A stretch of 26,298 nt of DNA from the NCBI GenBank assembly GCA_048941015.1, contig JBHLNZ010000004.1, positions 73,182 through 99,479 of the forward strand. Direction: 5' to 3'. This DNA comes from Promethearchaeota archaeon. GTDB lineage: Archaea; Asgardarchaeota; Lokiarchaeia; Sigyniarchaeales; SOKP01. This document shows positions 8,328 through 18,488 of this stretch, one piece after another. The notes beneath the pieces are model-generated. The model ran no database searches. It saw nothing but the letters and a program-made list of their open reading frames with translations, and was not told the DNA's origin. Within the stretch, counting starts at the first letter, position 1; every line of letters begins with the position of its first letter. The translations under genes and the position numbers were made by a program.

Positions 8328-9530
8328 TTAAACATAATCAACTTCAAACGGAGTTTTGGGGAGCACTTCAGCACCTTTCTCGGTTACTAATGTTGGAGAT
8401 TCTAATCTTAATCCTCCTAAATCTGGTCGATTAAATACTATTGCAGCAATTTCAACCATATTTTTTTCAAATTCTAAAGGACCCCATTCTTTTCCAGGTA
8501 CAACCACCGGCCAACTTTCATTTCCTATACATCCTATACCATGACCTATACCAAAAAAGAGATCATTTTCAAATCCTTCTTTTTCGGCCACTTTTCTAAC
8601 ATTTTGATAGCACTCTTCAAAGGTATTACCCGGATACATATTGTCTATAAGAGTATAACATAATTGTTCGTAGACATCATTAAACTTCTTTAAATCTGGA
8701 AGACATTTCCCAAGTACATAATTATGGCTTAAATCACCAAGATAACATCCAACTTCGCTGTGTAAATCAACGAGCAAGGATTCCCCCTCCTCAATAATTT
8801 TATTTGTTGCGGGTGTACAACCATTAAATGTATAACTCGCACGGTAGCCTGAACCAATTTCTTGATTTCCAGTAAATGTCCATTCATAATTGCTCCCTGC
8901 TTTTCGCATAGCCAAAGTTCCGATTCCTGCGATCTCATTTTCTGTAAACATTTTTCCTTCTGGGCGATCAATTAACGCTTGTTTAACAGCTTTTTGGCCT
9001 ATATCAGTAATTCTACTTGCTTCACGTAGCATTTCAATTTCTTCAGGTTCTTTAATGAATTGAATCCTTTCTGTTTTATCATTAAAATCTACTAATGAAC
9101 AACCAGGAAACATTTTCTTCAAAAATTCAGATTCCGTATAGGATAACATTTGACCAGTGACACAGATATCAATTCCAAGCTCTACACCGATTTTAGGAGG
9201 TGTTCCTTTTGGATTATATACCCCTGCTTTTTTAGCTGCTGATTGCAATTTTTTTTCCCAGAAAAAACCTTTCATTGGCCCCCAACCACTCACTTTAATG
9301 TTAGATTTGGTTTCAGCTTTTACACGTTCTACATCCAATAATACGGTAAATAATTCAGGAGTTTGACCTTCTTTTGGAAGAAAAAGATAACTTTTCCAAG
9401 GAACAAAACAACCACTTAAATAAGTTATCGATTTTATACGTGTTAATACACAGAAGTCCAAATTTAGTTCTTCCATTGCTTGTTGATACTTTTTAATATG
9501 ATTATCCCAGTTTATTTTAATTTCACTCAA
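8328..9530 (-). CDS. M24 (Xaa-Pro peptidase/creatinase fold) family protein with atypical active site
   Basis: Creatinase-like N-domain, IKEPEEIEMLREA, D...GYxxD-like (VDLHSEVGCYLGD), GHGIG, GGLRLE. TTG start preceded by a GAGGT Shine-Dalgarno sequence. Confidence 0.85.
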   Translation of the reverse strand: MSEIKINWDNHIKKYQQAMEELNLDFCVLTRIKSITYLSGCFVPWKSYLFLPKEGQTPELFTVLLDVERVKAETKSNIKVSGWGPMKGFFWEKKLQSAAKKAGVYNPKGTPPKIGVELGIDICVTGQMLSYTESEFLKKMFPGCSLVDFNDKTERIQFIKEPEEIEMLREASRITDIGQKAVKQALIDRPEGKMFTENEIAGIGTLAMRKAGSNYEWTFTGNQEIGSGYRASYTFNGCTPATNKIIEEGESLLVDLHSEVGCYLGDLSHNYVLGKCLPDLKKFNDVYEQLCYTLIDNMYPGNTFEECYQNVRKVAEKEGFENDLFFGIGHGIGCIGNESWPVVVPGKEWGPLEFEKNMVEIAAIVFNRPDLGGLRLESPTLVTEKGAEVLPKTPFEVDYV

Positions 9531-9672
9531 AAATTAAACCTCAAAATTATTTAATTTAATCTTAATTATTTGATGTATAATAAATACCTTATTCACAAAA
9601 GGTATCTTTATGAAATTAACTTTACTTTTTAAAAAAAAACATAAGAAAAGAGATTTAATAATTAATATTTCG

Positions 9673-11973
<2,301 letters not shown>

Positions 11974-12053
11974 TCAAAATTAAATTGTAAATATTATGAA
12001 TATAAAGTAAACCTTAGTTTATTTTCTTTTCTTTTATTTTAAATAATAATTTT

Positions 12054-12854
12054 TTAAGAAATATCAATTTTTAATTCTCTTTCTAAAAAGGCGATAAATT
12101 TCTTCGATATTTCTGATTTTTTTAAACTTTTAGTTAGATAAGTGGTAATGAATTGTTTTCTTTCCGCTAAAATTTCTTTTTTTAATTTAATGTAATTCGA
12201 ATTCCTTAAAAGTTTGCCTACTACTTTCCTTGTTTCTCTATCTAGATTTTGATGGTATTTGATATTAAGTTTCTTTTTATTCTTTAACACTTGGTCTTCA
12301 AATTCATCTATTTTTAGATTTATTTCAATATAATTTATTAAATCATTAGCAATTGTTTCCACCTTCGAATTCTGAGACATATCATAGATTTTTGCTGGAA
12401 TATCCCAACTATAGCCTCCAAAATCATCAAATTTTTCTTTAATATTATAGATCAGTTGATTTGGTATTGGATTTCCTCTCACGTTATTCCATTCAATGCA
12501 TTTTTCAATCGGAGTTGAAACATGAATTAGAAAATATTTTTTATTTAAATTTTCTGCGATTTTCTTTAATTCATGTCTCATACTCGAAAAGTAATTTAAA
12601 TCATCGTTAATTACAATAAATCCGTTTTTTAAACCTAATTTAACGTCCTTTAGACTTTTTTTTCTAACAATATGCTCCTTTCTATAATTAAATCCCATAG
12701 GACTCACTTTATGTCTGATTTCATCAGGATCAACTATTTTAATCTTAAAATTTGCATATTTTTTCTCAAGAATTACCTTTATATTAGAAGCAAATAGAGA
12801 TTTACCTGATGCAGGTAATCCACTTAATATAATCAAAAAATTTTGATTAATCAC
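12054..12854 (-). CDS. pstK: L-seryl-tRNA(Sec) kinase (PSTK)/Kti12-family P-loop kinase
   Basis: LIILSGLPASGKS, DPDEIR, VINDDLNYFSSMRHEL, N-x-x-R, WD-x-P, and a C-terminal DRETRKVVG helical domain. GTG start overlaps the upstream stop. Confidence 0.75.
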   Translation of the reverse strand: MINQNFLIILSGLPASGKSLFASNIKVILEKKYANFKIKIVDPDEIRHKVSPMGFNYRKEHIVRKKSLKDVKLGLKNGFIVINDDLNYFSSMRHELKKIAENLNKKYFLIHVSTPIEKCIEWNNVRGNPIPNQLIYNIKEKFDDFGGYSWDIPAKIYDMSQNSKVETIANDLINYIEINLKIDEFEDQVLKNKKKLNIKYHQNLDRETRKVVGKLLRNSNYIKLKKEILAERKQFITTYLTKSLKKSEISKKFIAFLERELKIDIS

Positions 12855-13131
12855 TTAAAGAATCAGCTTTATTTAGGTTTTTAATTAAACTTAATTTTTC
12901 CTTTCTTGAAAATGTTTTTATCTCTCTTTCTCTTTTCATCGCCTCGTTTCTTTGAGCAAAAGTTTCAAAATATTTAAGTTTAATTTTCTTCTTTCCGCGA
13001 CAAAATTTCGCTCCAACTCCTTTTTTATGTTCTTCTAATCTTCTATAGAGATTGTTTGTATATCCTGTATAGAATCGCTTCTTATTATTTTTTGAGATTG
13101 TTTCTAAGATATAAACATAAAAAAAAGTCAT
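12847..13131 (-). CDS. Stand-alone GIY-YIG nuclease (UPF0213/SLX1-like)
   Basis: FYVYILE...FYTGYTNNLYRRLEEH..G.GAKF.RG...EAMKREREIK. Confidence 0.9.
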   Translation of the reverse strand: MTFFYVYILETISKNNKKRFYTGYTNNLYRRLEEHKKGVGAKFCRGKKKIKLKYFETFAQRNEAMKREREIKTFSRKEKLSLIKNLNKADSLSD

Positions 13132-13324
13132 GTTTTCTTCACTATTTAAAAAATATAATTAGTTATATTTATTTTTTTATGCAAAGTAATCGCGTTCCAC
13201 TATTCCTTTATGGATCTAAATCAGAAATGAATAAATAAACAAAATAAATGCTTAACTTATTGATTTTAAATTAAATTTATTAATAAGAATTTTTATATTT
13301 TAAAAGTAAGGTTAAGAATAATTT

Positions 13325-13330
13325 GGTGAG
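13325..13330 (+). promoter_or_regulatory. Shine-Dalgarno-like GGTGAG
   Basis: Archaeal-type SD core (GGTGA) ending 6 nt before the in-frame ATT at 13336. Confidence 0.55.
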
Positions 13331-13335
13331 TTGCT

Positions 13336-13971
13336 ATTCCATTAGGGATTTTTTTAATTAAATGGGATGTCGTCACAGGTGGGGAGATTTACATGAAATA
13401 TCCCGAAGACTTAGAAATTTCTAATAATATCGTTCAACAAATTCAAATTTCTCATAACTTTGTTGAATCTTATATTACTATTGAAGAAAAAAATTGGAAT
13501 TCACTCTCATATTATAATGAAGATAAAGATATTATCATTGTATTAGCTTTAGACAAATACGATGATGCTTCGGATTATACCGTTATTCTAGATGAATTTA
13601 AAGCAGAATTAGAGTTAGATCTAAAAGAAAATGAATTACAAAAACATCTGGAAAGAATTTTTAAATTGTCTTTAAAGGTTTTTCGAACAAGGGATGAAGT
13701 TATTGCTAAGTTAAGTAATGATGTTGCTAACTTAAAGAATATACAGTACGATTTAAAAAAAAAGTTTAACAAAATCGCTCAATCGGACCATTTAAAAGTT
13801 AAAAGCAAAATTCAATTCTTATTAGCTATTAATGATGAGTTAAAATATAATGATTTAAAAAAAGCGATCAAAACCAGTAAAAAATGGTTAGATGAGGTAC
13901 TTAAAACCTTAATCAAAAATAAAATGATTGGTTATAATAGCAACAATGATGCTTATTACTTAATTTTCTGA
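13336..13971 (+). CDS. Longin/uDENN-like + coiled-coil + C-terminal winged-helix-like protein (probable ATT start)
   Basis: The frame is open upstream of ATG 13393 back to TGA at 13327, encoding (I)PLGIFLIKWDVVTGGEIYMKYP, a typical longin/uDENN beta-hairpin. GGTGA SD at 13325-13329. Heptad region VIAKLSNDVANLKNIQYDLKKKF and wHTH-like LKYNDLKKAIKTSKKWLDEVLKTLIKNKMIGY. Confidence 0.7.
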   Translation: MPLGIFLIKWDVVTGGEIYMKYPEDLEISNNIVQQIQISHNFVESYITIEEKNWNSLSYYNEDKDIIIVLALDKYDDASDYTVILDEFKAELELDLKENELQKHLERIFKLSLKVFRTRDEVIAKLSNDVANLKNIQYDLKKKFNKIAQSDHLKVKSKIQFLLAINDELKYNDLKKAIKTSKKWLDEVLKTLIKNKMIGYNSNNDAYYLIF

Positions 13972-14029
13972 ATATCTTGTACTCTTTATTTATAAATAAT
14001 CATCTTCTTAAGAAGGCTTTTACTTTCAT

Positions 14030-14073
14030 ACTTAAAAAAGAACTTTTGAAAACTTAAAAAAGAACTTTTAAAA
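14030..14073 (+). repeat. 22-bp tandem direct repeat (2 copies) upstream of the DegT gene
   Basis: acttaaaaaagaacttttgaaa / acttaaaaaagaacttttaaaa, one mismatch. Confidence 0.8.
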
Positions 14074-14085
14074 TTTGAAGAAATC

Positions 14086-15219
14086 ATGGATATAACGGAA
14101 GATGAAGAAAAAGAAGTGCTTAAGGTTTTAAAATCCCAAATGCTAACATTATTACACGGTAAATTCGTAAAACAATTTGAAGAGGATTTTGCAAGATATA
14201 TTGGTGTTAAGCATGCAATAGGAGTAAATAGCGGTACTGCTGCTCTACATATTGCTATAGCTGCTTTAAATATTGGCCCCGGAGATGAAGTAATTGTACC
14301 TCCTTTTACTTTTATTTCTACAGCAAGTTCTATTTTGCATAATAATGCAATCCCGATATTTGCTGATATCGATAATAAAACTTATACCTTAGATCCTAAT
14401 TCTGTAAAGAAAAACATAACCGATAAAACAAAAGCAATCATTCCAGTTCATTTAGCTGGAATAAGTGCTGATATGGATGGATTGAGGGATATAGCAGAGG
14501 CGCATGGAATTTATATTATAGAAGATGCATGTCAATCCATTGGTGCGAAATATAATGGGAAAAAAATCGGCTCTATAGGAGAATTGGGTTGTTTCAGTTT
14601 CTATCCTTCAAAAAATATCACTACTGGAGAAGGAGGTATGATAACAACCAATAATGATGAGCTAGCCGAACAATGCAAATTAATAAGACACCATGGTGAG
14701 CCTTCATGGTATTTTTATAATCGTTTAGGATATAATTATCGTATGACTGAAATTCAAGGCGCAATAGGGAAAGTTCAGTTGAAAAAAATTGATAAATTCA
14801 TAGAAATCCGAAATAAGAATGCAAAATATTTAACAGAAGCTATAAAAAACCTTCAAGGCCTTAAAGCACCTTTTGTGCCTAAATATTGTGAACCTGCTTT
14901 TAATTATTGGATAGGGCGTATTAATCCTGAGATTTTGGGCTTAAATAAGACGCAATTTATTGAAAAATTTCCTAAAAGTAAAGTTCTTTATCCTAAGCCA
15001 TTGTATAAAACGAAAATCTTTCAAGAAAAGATTGCTTACCCCAAAGGTTGCCCTTGGACTTGCCCTTTTTATGGAAGAGATATCGATTATACAAAAATTA
15101 ACCTCCCTATTGTGGAAAAAGTTACTAGTGAAATATTTGCATTAGATATTCATCCTAAGCTAACAAACTCAGAATTAGATGAATATGTTACAATAATGCA
15201 AAAATTAACTAAGAAATAA
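14086..15219 (+). CDS. DegT/DnrJ/EryC1/StrS family PLP aminotransferase
   Basis: NSGTAALH, GPGDEVIVP, PVHLAG, IEDACQS, FSFYPSKNITTGEGG, GYNYRMTEIQ. Confidence 0.95.
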   Translation: MDITEDEEKEVLKVLKSQMLTLLHGKFVKQFEEDFARYIGVKHAIGVNSGTAALHIAIAALNIGPGDEVIVPPFTFISTASSILHNNAIPIFADIDNKTYTLDPNSVKKNITDKTKAIIPVHLAGISADMDGLRDIAEAHGIYIIEDACQSIGAKYNGKKIGSIGELGCFSFYPSKNITTGEGGMITTNNDELAEQCKLIRHHGEPSWYFYNRLGYNYRMTEIQGAIGKVQLKKIDKFIEIRNKNAKYLTEAIKNLQGLKAPFVPKYCEPAFNYWIGRINPEILGLNKTQFIEKFPKSKVLYPKPLYKTKIFQEKIAYPKGCPWTCPFYGRDIDYTKINLPIVEKVTSEIFALDIHPKLTNSELDEYVTIMQKLTKK

Positions 15220-15244
15220 ATTATTAAATAAATCAGTTTTTTCT

Positions 15245-15517
15245 ATGAAAAGAATTATCATTAGAGTATATGGACTCGTACAAGGAGTTTTTTTCCGTTA
15301 TACTACTCGGAAAGAGGCACGAAAACTGGGATTAACTGGAATTGTAAAAAATATGCCTGATGGCAGTGTTTATATTGAAGCTGAAGGTTCTGAGGAGAAC
15401 TTGAATAAACTATTAGCATTTTCAAAGAAAGGTCCGAAATATGCTCAAGTAGAAAGGATTGAATTCGAATTCAAAGAATTTCAAGATAAATTTAAAGGTT
15501 TTGAATATGATTTTTAA
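15245..15517 (+). CDS. acyP: Acylphosphatase
   Basis: VYGLVQGVFFR and GIVKNMPDGSVYIEAEG signatures, 90 aa. Confidence 0.95.
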   Translation: MKRIIIRVYGLVQGVFFRYTTRKEARKLGLTGIVKNMPDGSVYIEAEGSEENLNKLLAFSKKGPKYAQVERIEFEFKEFQDKFKGFEYDF

Positions 15518-15584
15518 CTTTATCCTAATTTGTATTACCTGGATATTATTATGGAACATAAATAATTTTTGAATTTAATTATTT

Positions 15585-15932
15585 ATGTCGATAATATTAA
15601 AGAGAAACAAGTTTCTTGAACTTTTTAAACTTCTAGCTCATAATAAATATAAGTATCAAAGTCCATTAATTTTAAGGATGTATGGTTTATTGAATGATTT
15701 GAATTTAAGAAATGAAAATAGATATATTTTATGTAACTTTATTGATCAAAACAGTGAATTGTTTCAATTAAAAAGAGATATTTACATAACCAATCAAAGT
15801 TGTTCTCTTGATCAATTGTTTCTTTATGCAGTCAATAAAGCTAGAGCACACAATAAATTAAATGCGCTCTATGATGAATATAAAAATTCTATTAATGCCA
15901 TAAATGAAAAAGTTGATACTAAAGCGATTTAA
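15585..15932 (+). CDS. Hypothetical, mostly alpha-helical protein
   Basis: 115-aa ATG ORF filling the gap between acyP and the GTPase gene. No family recognised. Confidence 0.65.
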   Translation: MSIILKRNKFLELFKLLAHNKYKYQSPLILRMYGLLNDLNLRNENRYILCNFIDQNSELFQLKRDIYITNQSCSLDQLFLYAVNKARAHNKLNALYDEYKNSINAINEKVDTKAI

Positions 15933-16072
15933 TATTATTCTATTATTTAGAATCATTTTACACTTATTCCTTAGAGAAGAAATTTAAATTAAATAAGAAA
16001 AGAAAATAGTTAATAAGGATAAATTTTATTATGAAAGTATCGAATTTAAAATCTTTAACTATGTGATATGCT

Positions 16073-16600
16073 ATGAGTGATTCAAATTATATTATTAAAA
16101 TATGTTTACTTGGTGAAGCTAATGTCGGAAAAACATCTTTAGTTTATAGATTTATTGAGAATAAATTTAGAGAGAATTATAAAAGTACTCTTGGAGTAAA
16201 TCTTTTAAAAAAAGATATGTCTATTGAAGGATATGGCTCAGTTTCAGCCCAGATTTGGGACTTAGGTGGTCAAGAGTCTTTTAAATCTCTTAGAAAGCTG
16301 TATTTAGAAGGTGCAAATGGAGCATTATTAGTTTATGATTGTACAAAGAAAAAATCTTTTGAAAAAATTGAAAATTGGATGCAAGATTTCAAGCAAGCAA
16401 GGGGAGATGAACCACTTATCTTACTAGGAAATAAAAATGATTTAAAAGAAAATATTAAAGTTTCTGAAAATGAGGGTTCAGATTATGCCCGTAAATATAA
16501 AATGAGATTTGTTTCTACCTCAGCGAAAACAGGTTCAAATGTCGAAGATGCTTTTATAGAATTAACAAAAACAATATTAGATAAGAATTTGAATCAATAG
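16073..16600 (+). CDS. Rab-like small GTPase
   Basis: G1 GEANVGKT, G2 YKSTLG, G3 WDLGGQ, G4 NKND, G5 TSAK. No prenylation motif. Confidence 0.95.
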   Translation: MSDSNYIIKICLLGEANVGKTSLVYRFIENKFRENYKSTLGVNLLKKDMSIEGYGSVSAQIWDLGGQESFKSLRKLYLEGANGALLVYDCTKKKSFEKIENWMQDFKQARGDEPLILLGNKNDLKENIKVSENEGSDYARKYKMRFVSTSAKTGSNVEDAFIELTKTILDKNLNQ

Positions 16601-16673
16601 ATTATTATTATAATATTAATAAAATTTTATACGAAGTTCTCTTTTCAAAAAATTGTCCACTAGGAAATCAATT

Positions 16674-16704
16674 CATTTATAAATGTTTTATAAATGATCA
16701 TTTA
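16674..16704 (+). promoter_or_regulatory. Tandem TATA-like boxes with overlapping palindromes upstream of tbp
   Basis: tttataaatg occurs at 16676-16685 and 16687-16696. Palindromes catttataaatg (16674-16685) and taaatgatcattta (16691-16704). Confidence 0.45.
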
Positions 16705-16804
16705 TTTAACTATTGTATATCAAAATATTAAAAAAAAATATTGATTTTTAAAAAATAATCCTTTTAATTTAATTTAAATCAGATTTATTAATTTATGATG
16801 GAAA

Positions 16805-17467
16805 ATGGCGGAAGATGATTTTGAATTTGATGATGAAGAAGAAATAGAAGAAGAGGAAGAAGAACTCGAATATGAGGAAGGTTTAGATTATAAAATAGAG
16901 AATGTGGTTGCCACGGTAACAGTTGAAATTACAGAAAAGATAGATCTCAATCAGATCGCTCGTAAACATGCCGAAGTAGAATATAATCCTGAAAGATTTC
17001 CTGGTTTAGTTATGAGGATAGAAAAACCTCGAGCAACAATATTAATATTCTCCACTGGAAAAATGGTAGTCACTGGTTTACGTAAAGCGGCAGAAGCTGA
17101 AAGAGTGGTGGATAAGGTAGTAAAAAACATAAGAAAAGCAGGTATTAAATTATCTAATCCCGAAATAACTATTCAAAATATTGTAGCTAGTGGAGATCTT
17201 CATACAAATATTGATTTAAATATGGCAGCAATCGTTATGGAATATGCAATGTATGAACCTGAAGTTTTTCCTGGATTGATTTATAGAATGCAAGATCCAA
17301 AAACGGTATTCCTCATTTTTTCAACCGGAAGAATTGTTTGTACAGGAGCAAAGCAAAAAGAAATAGTAAGAGACGCAGTGAAAAAGTTAAATCAACAAGT
17401 AAGGGAACTAGGTGTCGCTAAGAAAGAATTAAGCGATAGTGATTATCAAGATATAACTTTTATTTAA
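16805..17467 (+). CDS. tbp: TATA-box binding protein with acidic N-terminal extension
   Basis: Two TBP repeats: IENVVAT..YNPERFPGLVMR..LIFSTGKMVVTG and IQNIVAS..YEPEVFPGLIYR..LIFSTGRIVCTG. Confidence 0.98.
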   Translation: MAEDDFEFDDEEEIEEEEEELEYEEGLDYKIENVVATVTVEITEKIDLNQIARKHAEVEYNPERFPGLVMRIEKPRATILIFSTGKMVVTGLRKAAEAERVVDKVVKNIRKAGIKLSNPEITIQNIVASGDLHTNIDLNMAAIVMEYAMYEPEVFPGLIYRMQDPKTVFLIFSTGRIVCTGAKQKEIVRDAVKKLNQQVRELGVAKKELSDSDYQDITFI

Positions 17468-17617
17468 TTTATATTCTAATATTTTTTCTATTTATTTTAA
17501 TGAAAGCGGGATAAGATACAAAAGAAAAATACTTTCTCAAAAGAAATTTACATAATTAAAATTTACCTCAATTTAGATATTAACACAAAAAAAATCATTT
17601 GGTTGAAGTTAATCAGA

Positions 17618-18097
17618 TTAATCCTTTTGAAAAACAATCATGAATTCACAAAAGTTGTCTCCTTTTTGTAAACAGCAGGTTATTTCTTGTGCAAAGCAGT
17701 GAATATTACTCATTCTTTCCACTATACCTGCTAAGAGTCCTGCTTCAAAAGAGCAAAAACTTCCCTGAGAAGTTATACCTTTATTAATCAAATCTTTAAT
17801 TGATGAATGTCCTCTTAATCTTATTTGAACTATTTCATTTGTACTATCAGTAATTTCTACACTACCAATATTATATTCAGATATAATTTTTTTTAATTCA
17901 TCTGGTATTTTCCCCACATCATCAATTTGATTAACTTTTAAAGTTGTTCCCAACTCATGACCCAAATAATAAAAAATTGCTTCTAATTGATGTCCCAGTG
18001 CTAACAGGGCTCCTACTTTCATATCCCCAATTTCTTTCCCCTCTTTTAAATGTTTTTTCATTTGTGCTAATATTTTTGAAAGTAATTGCCTATCCAA
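17618..18097 (-). CDS. V4R domain protein
   Basis: FYYLGHELG, YNIGSVEI, FCSFEAGLLAGIVE..QEITC..KGDNFCEFMI. TTG start with a GAGGAG SD. Confidence 0.85.
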   Translation of the reverse strand: MDRQLLSKILAQMKKHLKEGKEIGDMKVGALLALGHQLEAIFYYLGHELGTTLKVNQIDDVGKIPDELKKIISEYNIGSVEITDSTNEIVQIRLRGHSSIKDLINKGITSQGSFCSFEAGLLAGIVERMSNIHCFAQEITCCLQKGDNFCEFMIVFQKD

Positions 18098-18153
18098 TTT
18101 AATTCTCCTCTTATTATTCTTTTTTATCTTTTTTTTAACTTTTTATTTAATTC

Positions 18154-18447
18154 TTATATTTTAACTGAGGAAATAAATCCATATAATATCGCATCTATAA
18201 TATCCTCTTCTTGTATATTCACACTCAATCTTTTATCTGCTACAATTATCGTAGGTAAAGATGTTATTTTGTATTTCTGTGTTAATGGATAACTTTTTTC
18301 AACATCTATTTTTTCTATCAATAATTTTTTCCCAAACATAGAAATATTTATCCTTTTTAACATTTCTTCAACTGGTTTGCATGGTGCACAGTGGTTTGAT
18401 GAAAATAATAGAATTCTTGGGTAACCCTCATTGAAATCTTCGAACAT
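18154..18447 (-). CDS. Small thioredoxin-fold protein (CxxC = CAPC)
   Basis: LLFSSNHCAPC, IDVEK, cis-Pro motif SLPTIIV. Confidence 0.88.
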   Translation of the reverse strand: MFEDFNEGYPRILLFSSNHCAPCKPVEEMLKRINISMFGKKLLIEKIDVEKSYPLTQKYKITSLPTIIVADKRLSVNIQEEDIIDAILYGFISSVKI

Positions 18448-18488
18448 ATAAATCCATTAAGATTAAAACATGTAAATTTGAATTTTTA

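Noticed and set aside
744-9366. Short ORFs 744..974, 2310..2534, 6898..7080, 8178..8390, 8356..8544, 8729..8971, 9157..9366
   Set aside because: They overlap well-supported genes (antisense or alternate frame) or run through low-complexity AT-rich intergenic DNA, with non-protein-like composition.
12847-13131. GIY-YIG as a homing endonuclease or mobile element
   Set aside because: Only 94 aa, with no DNA-binding extension, intron/intein context or terminal repeats. It matches the stand-alone cellular type.
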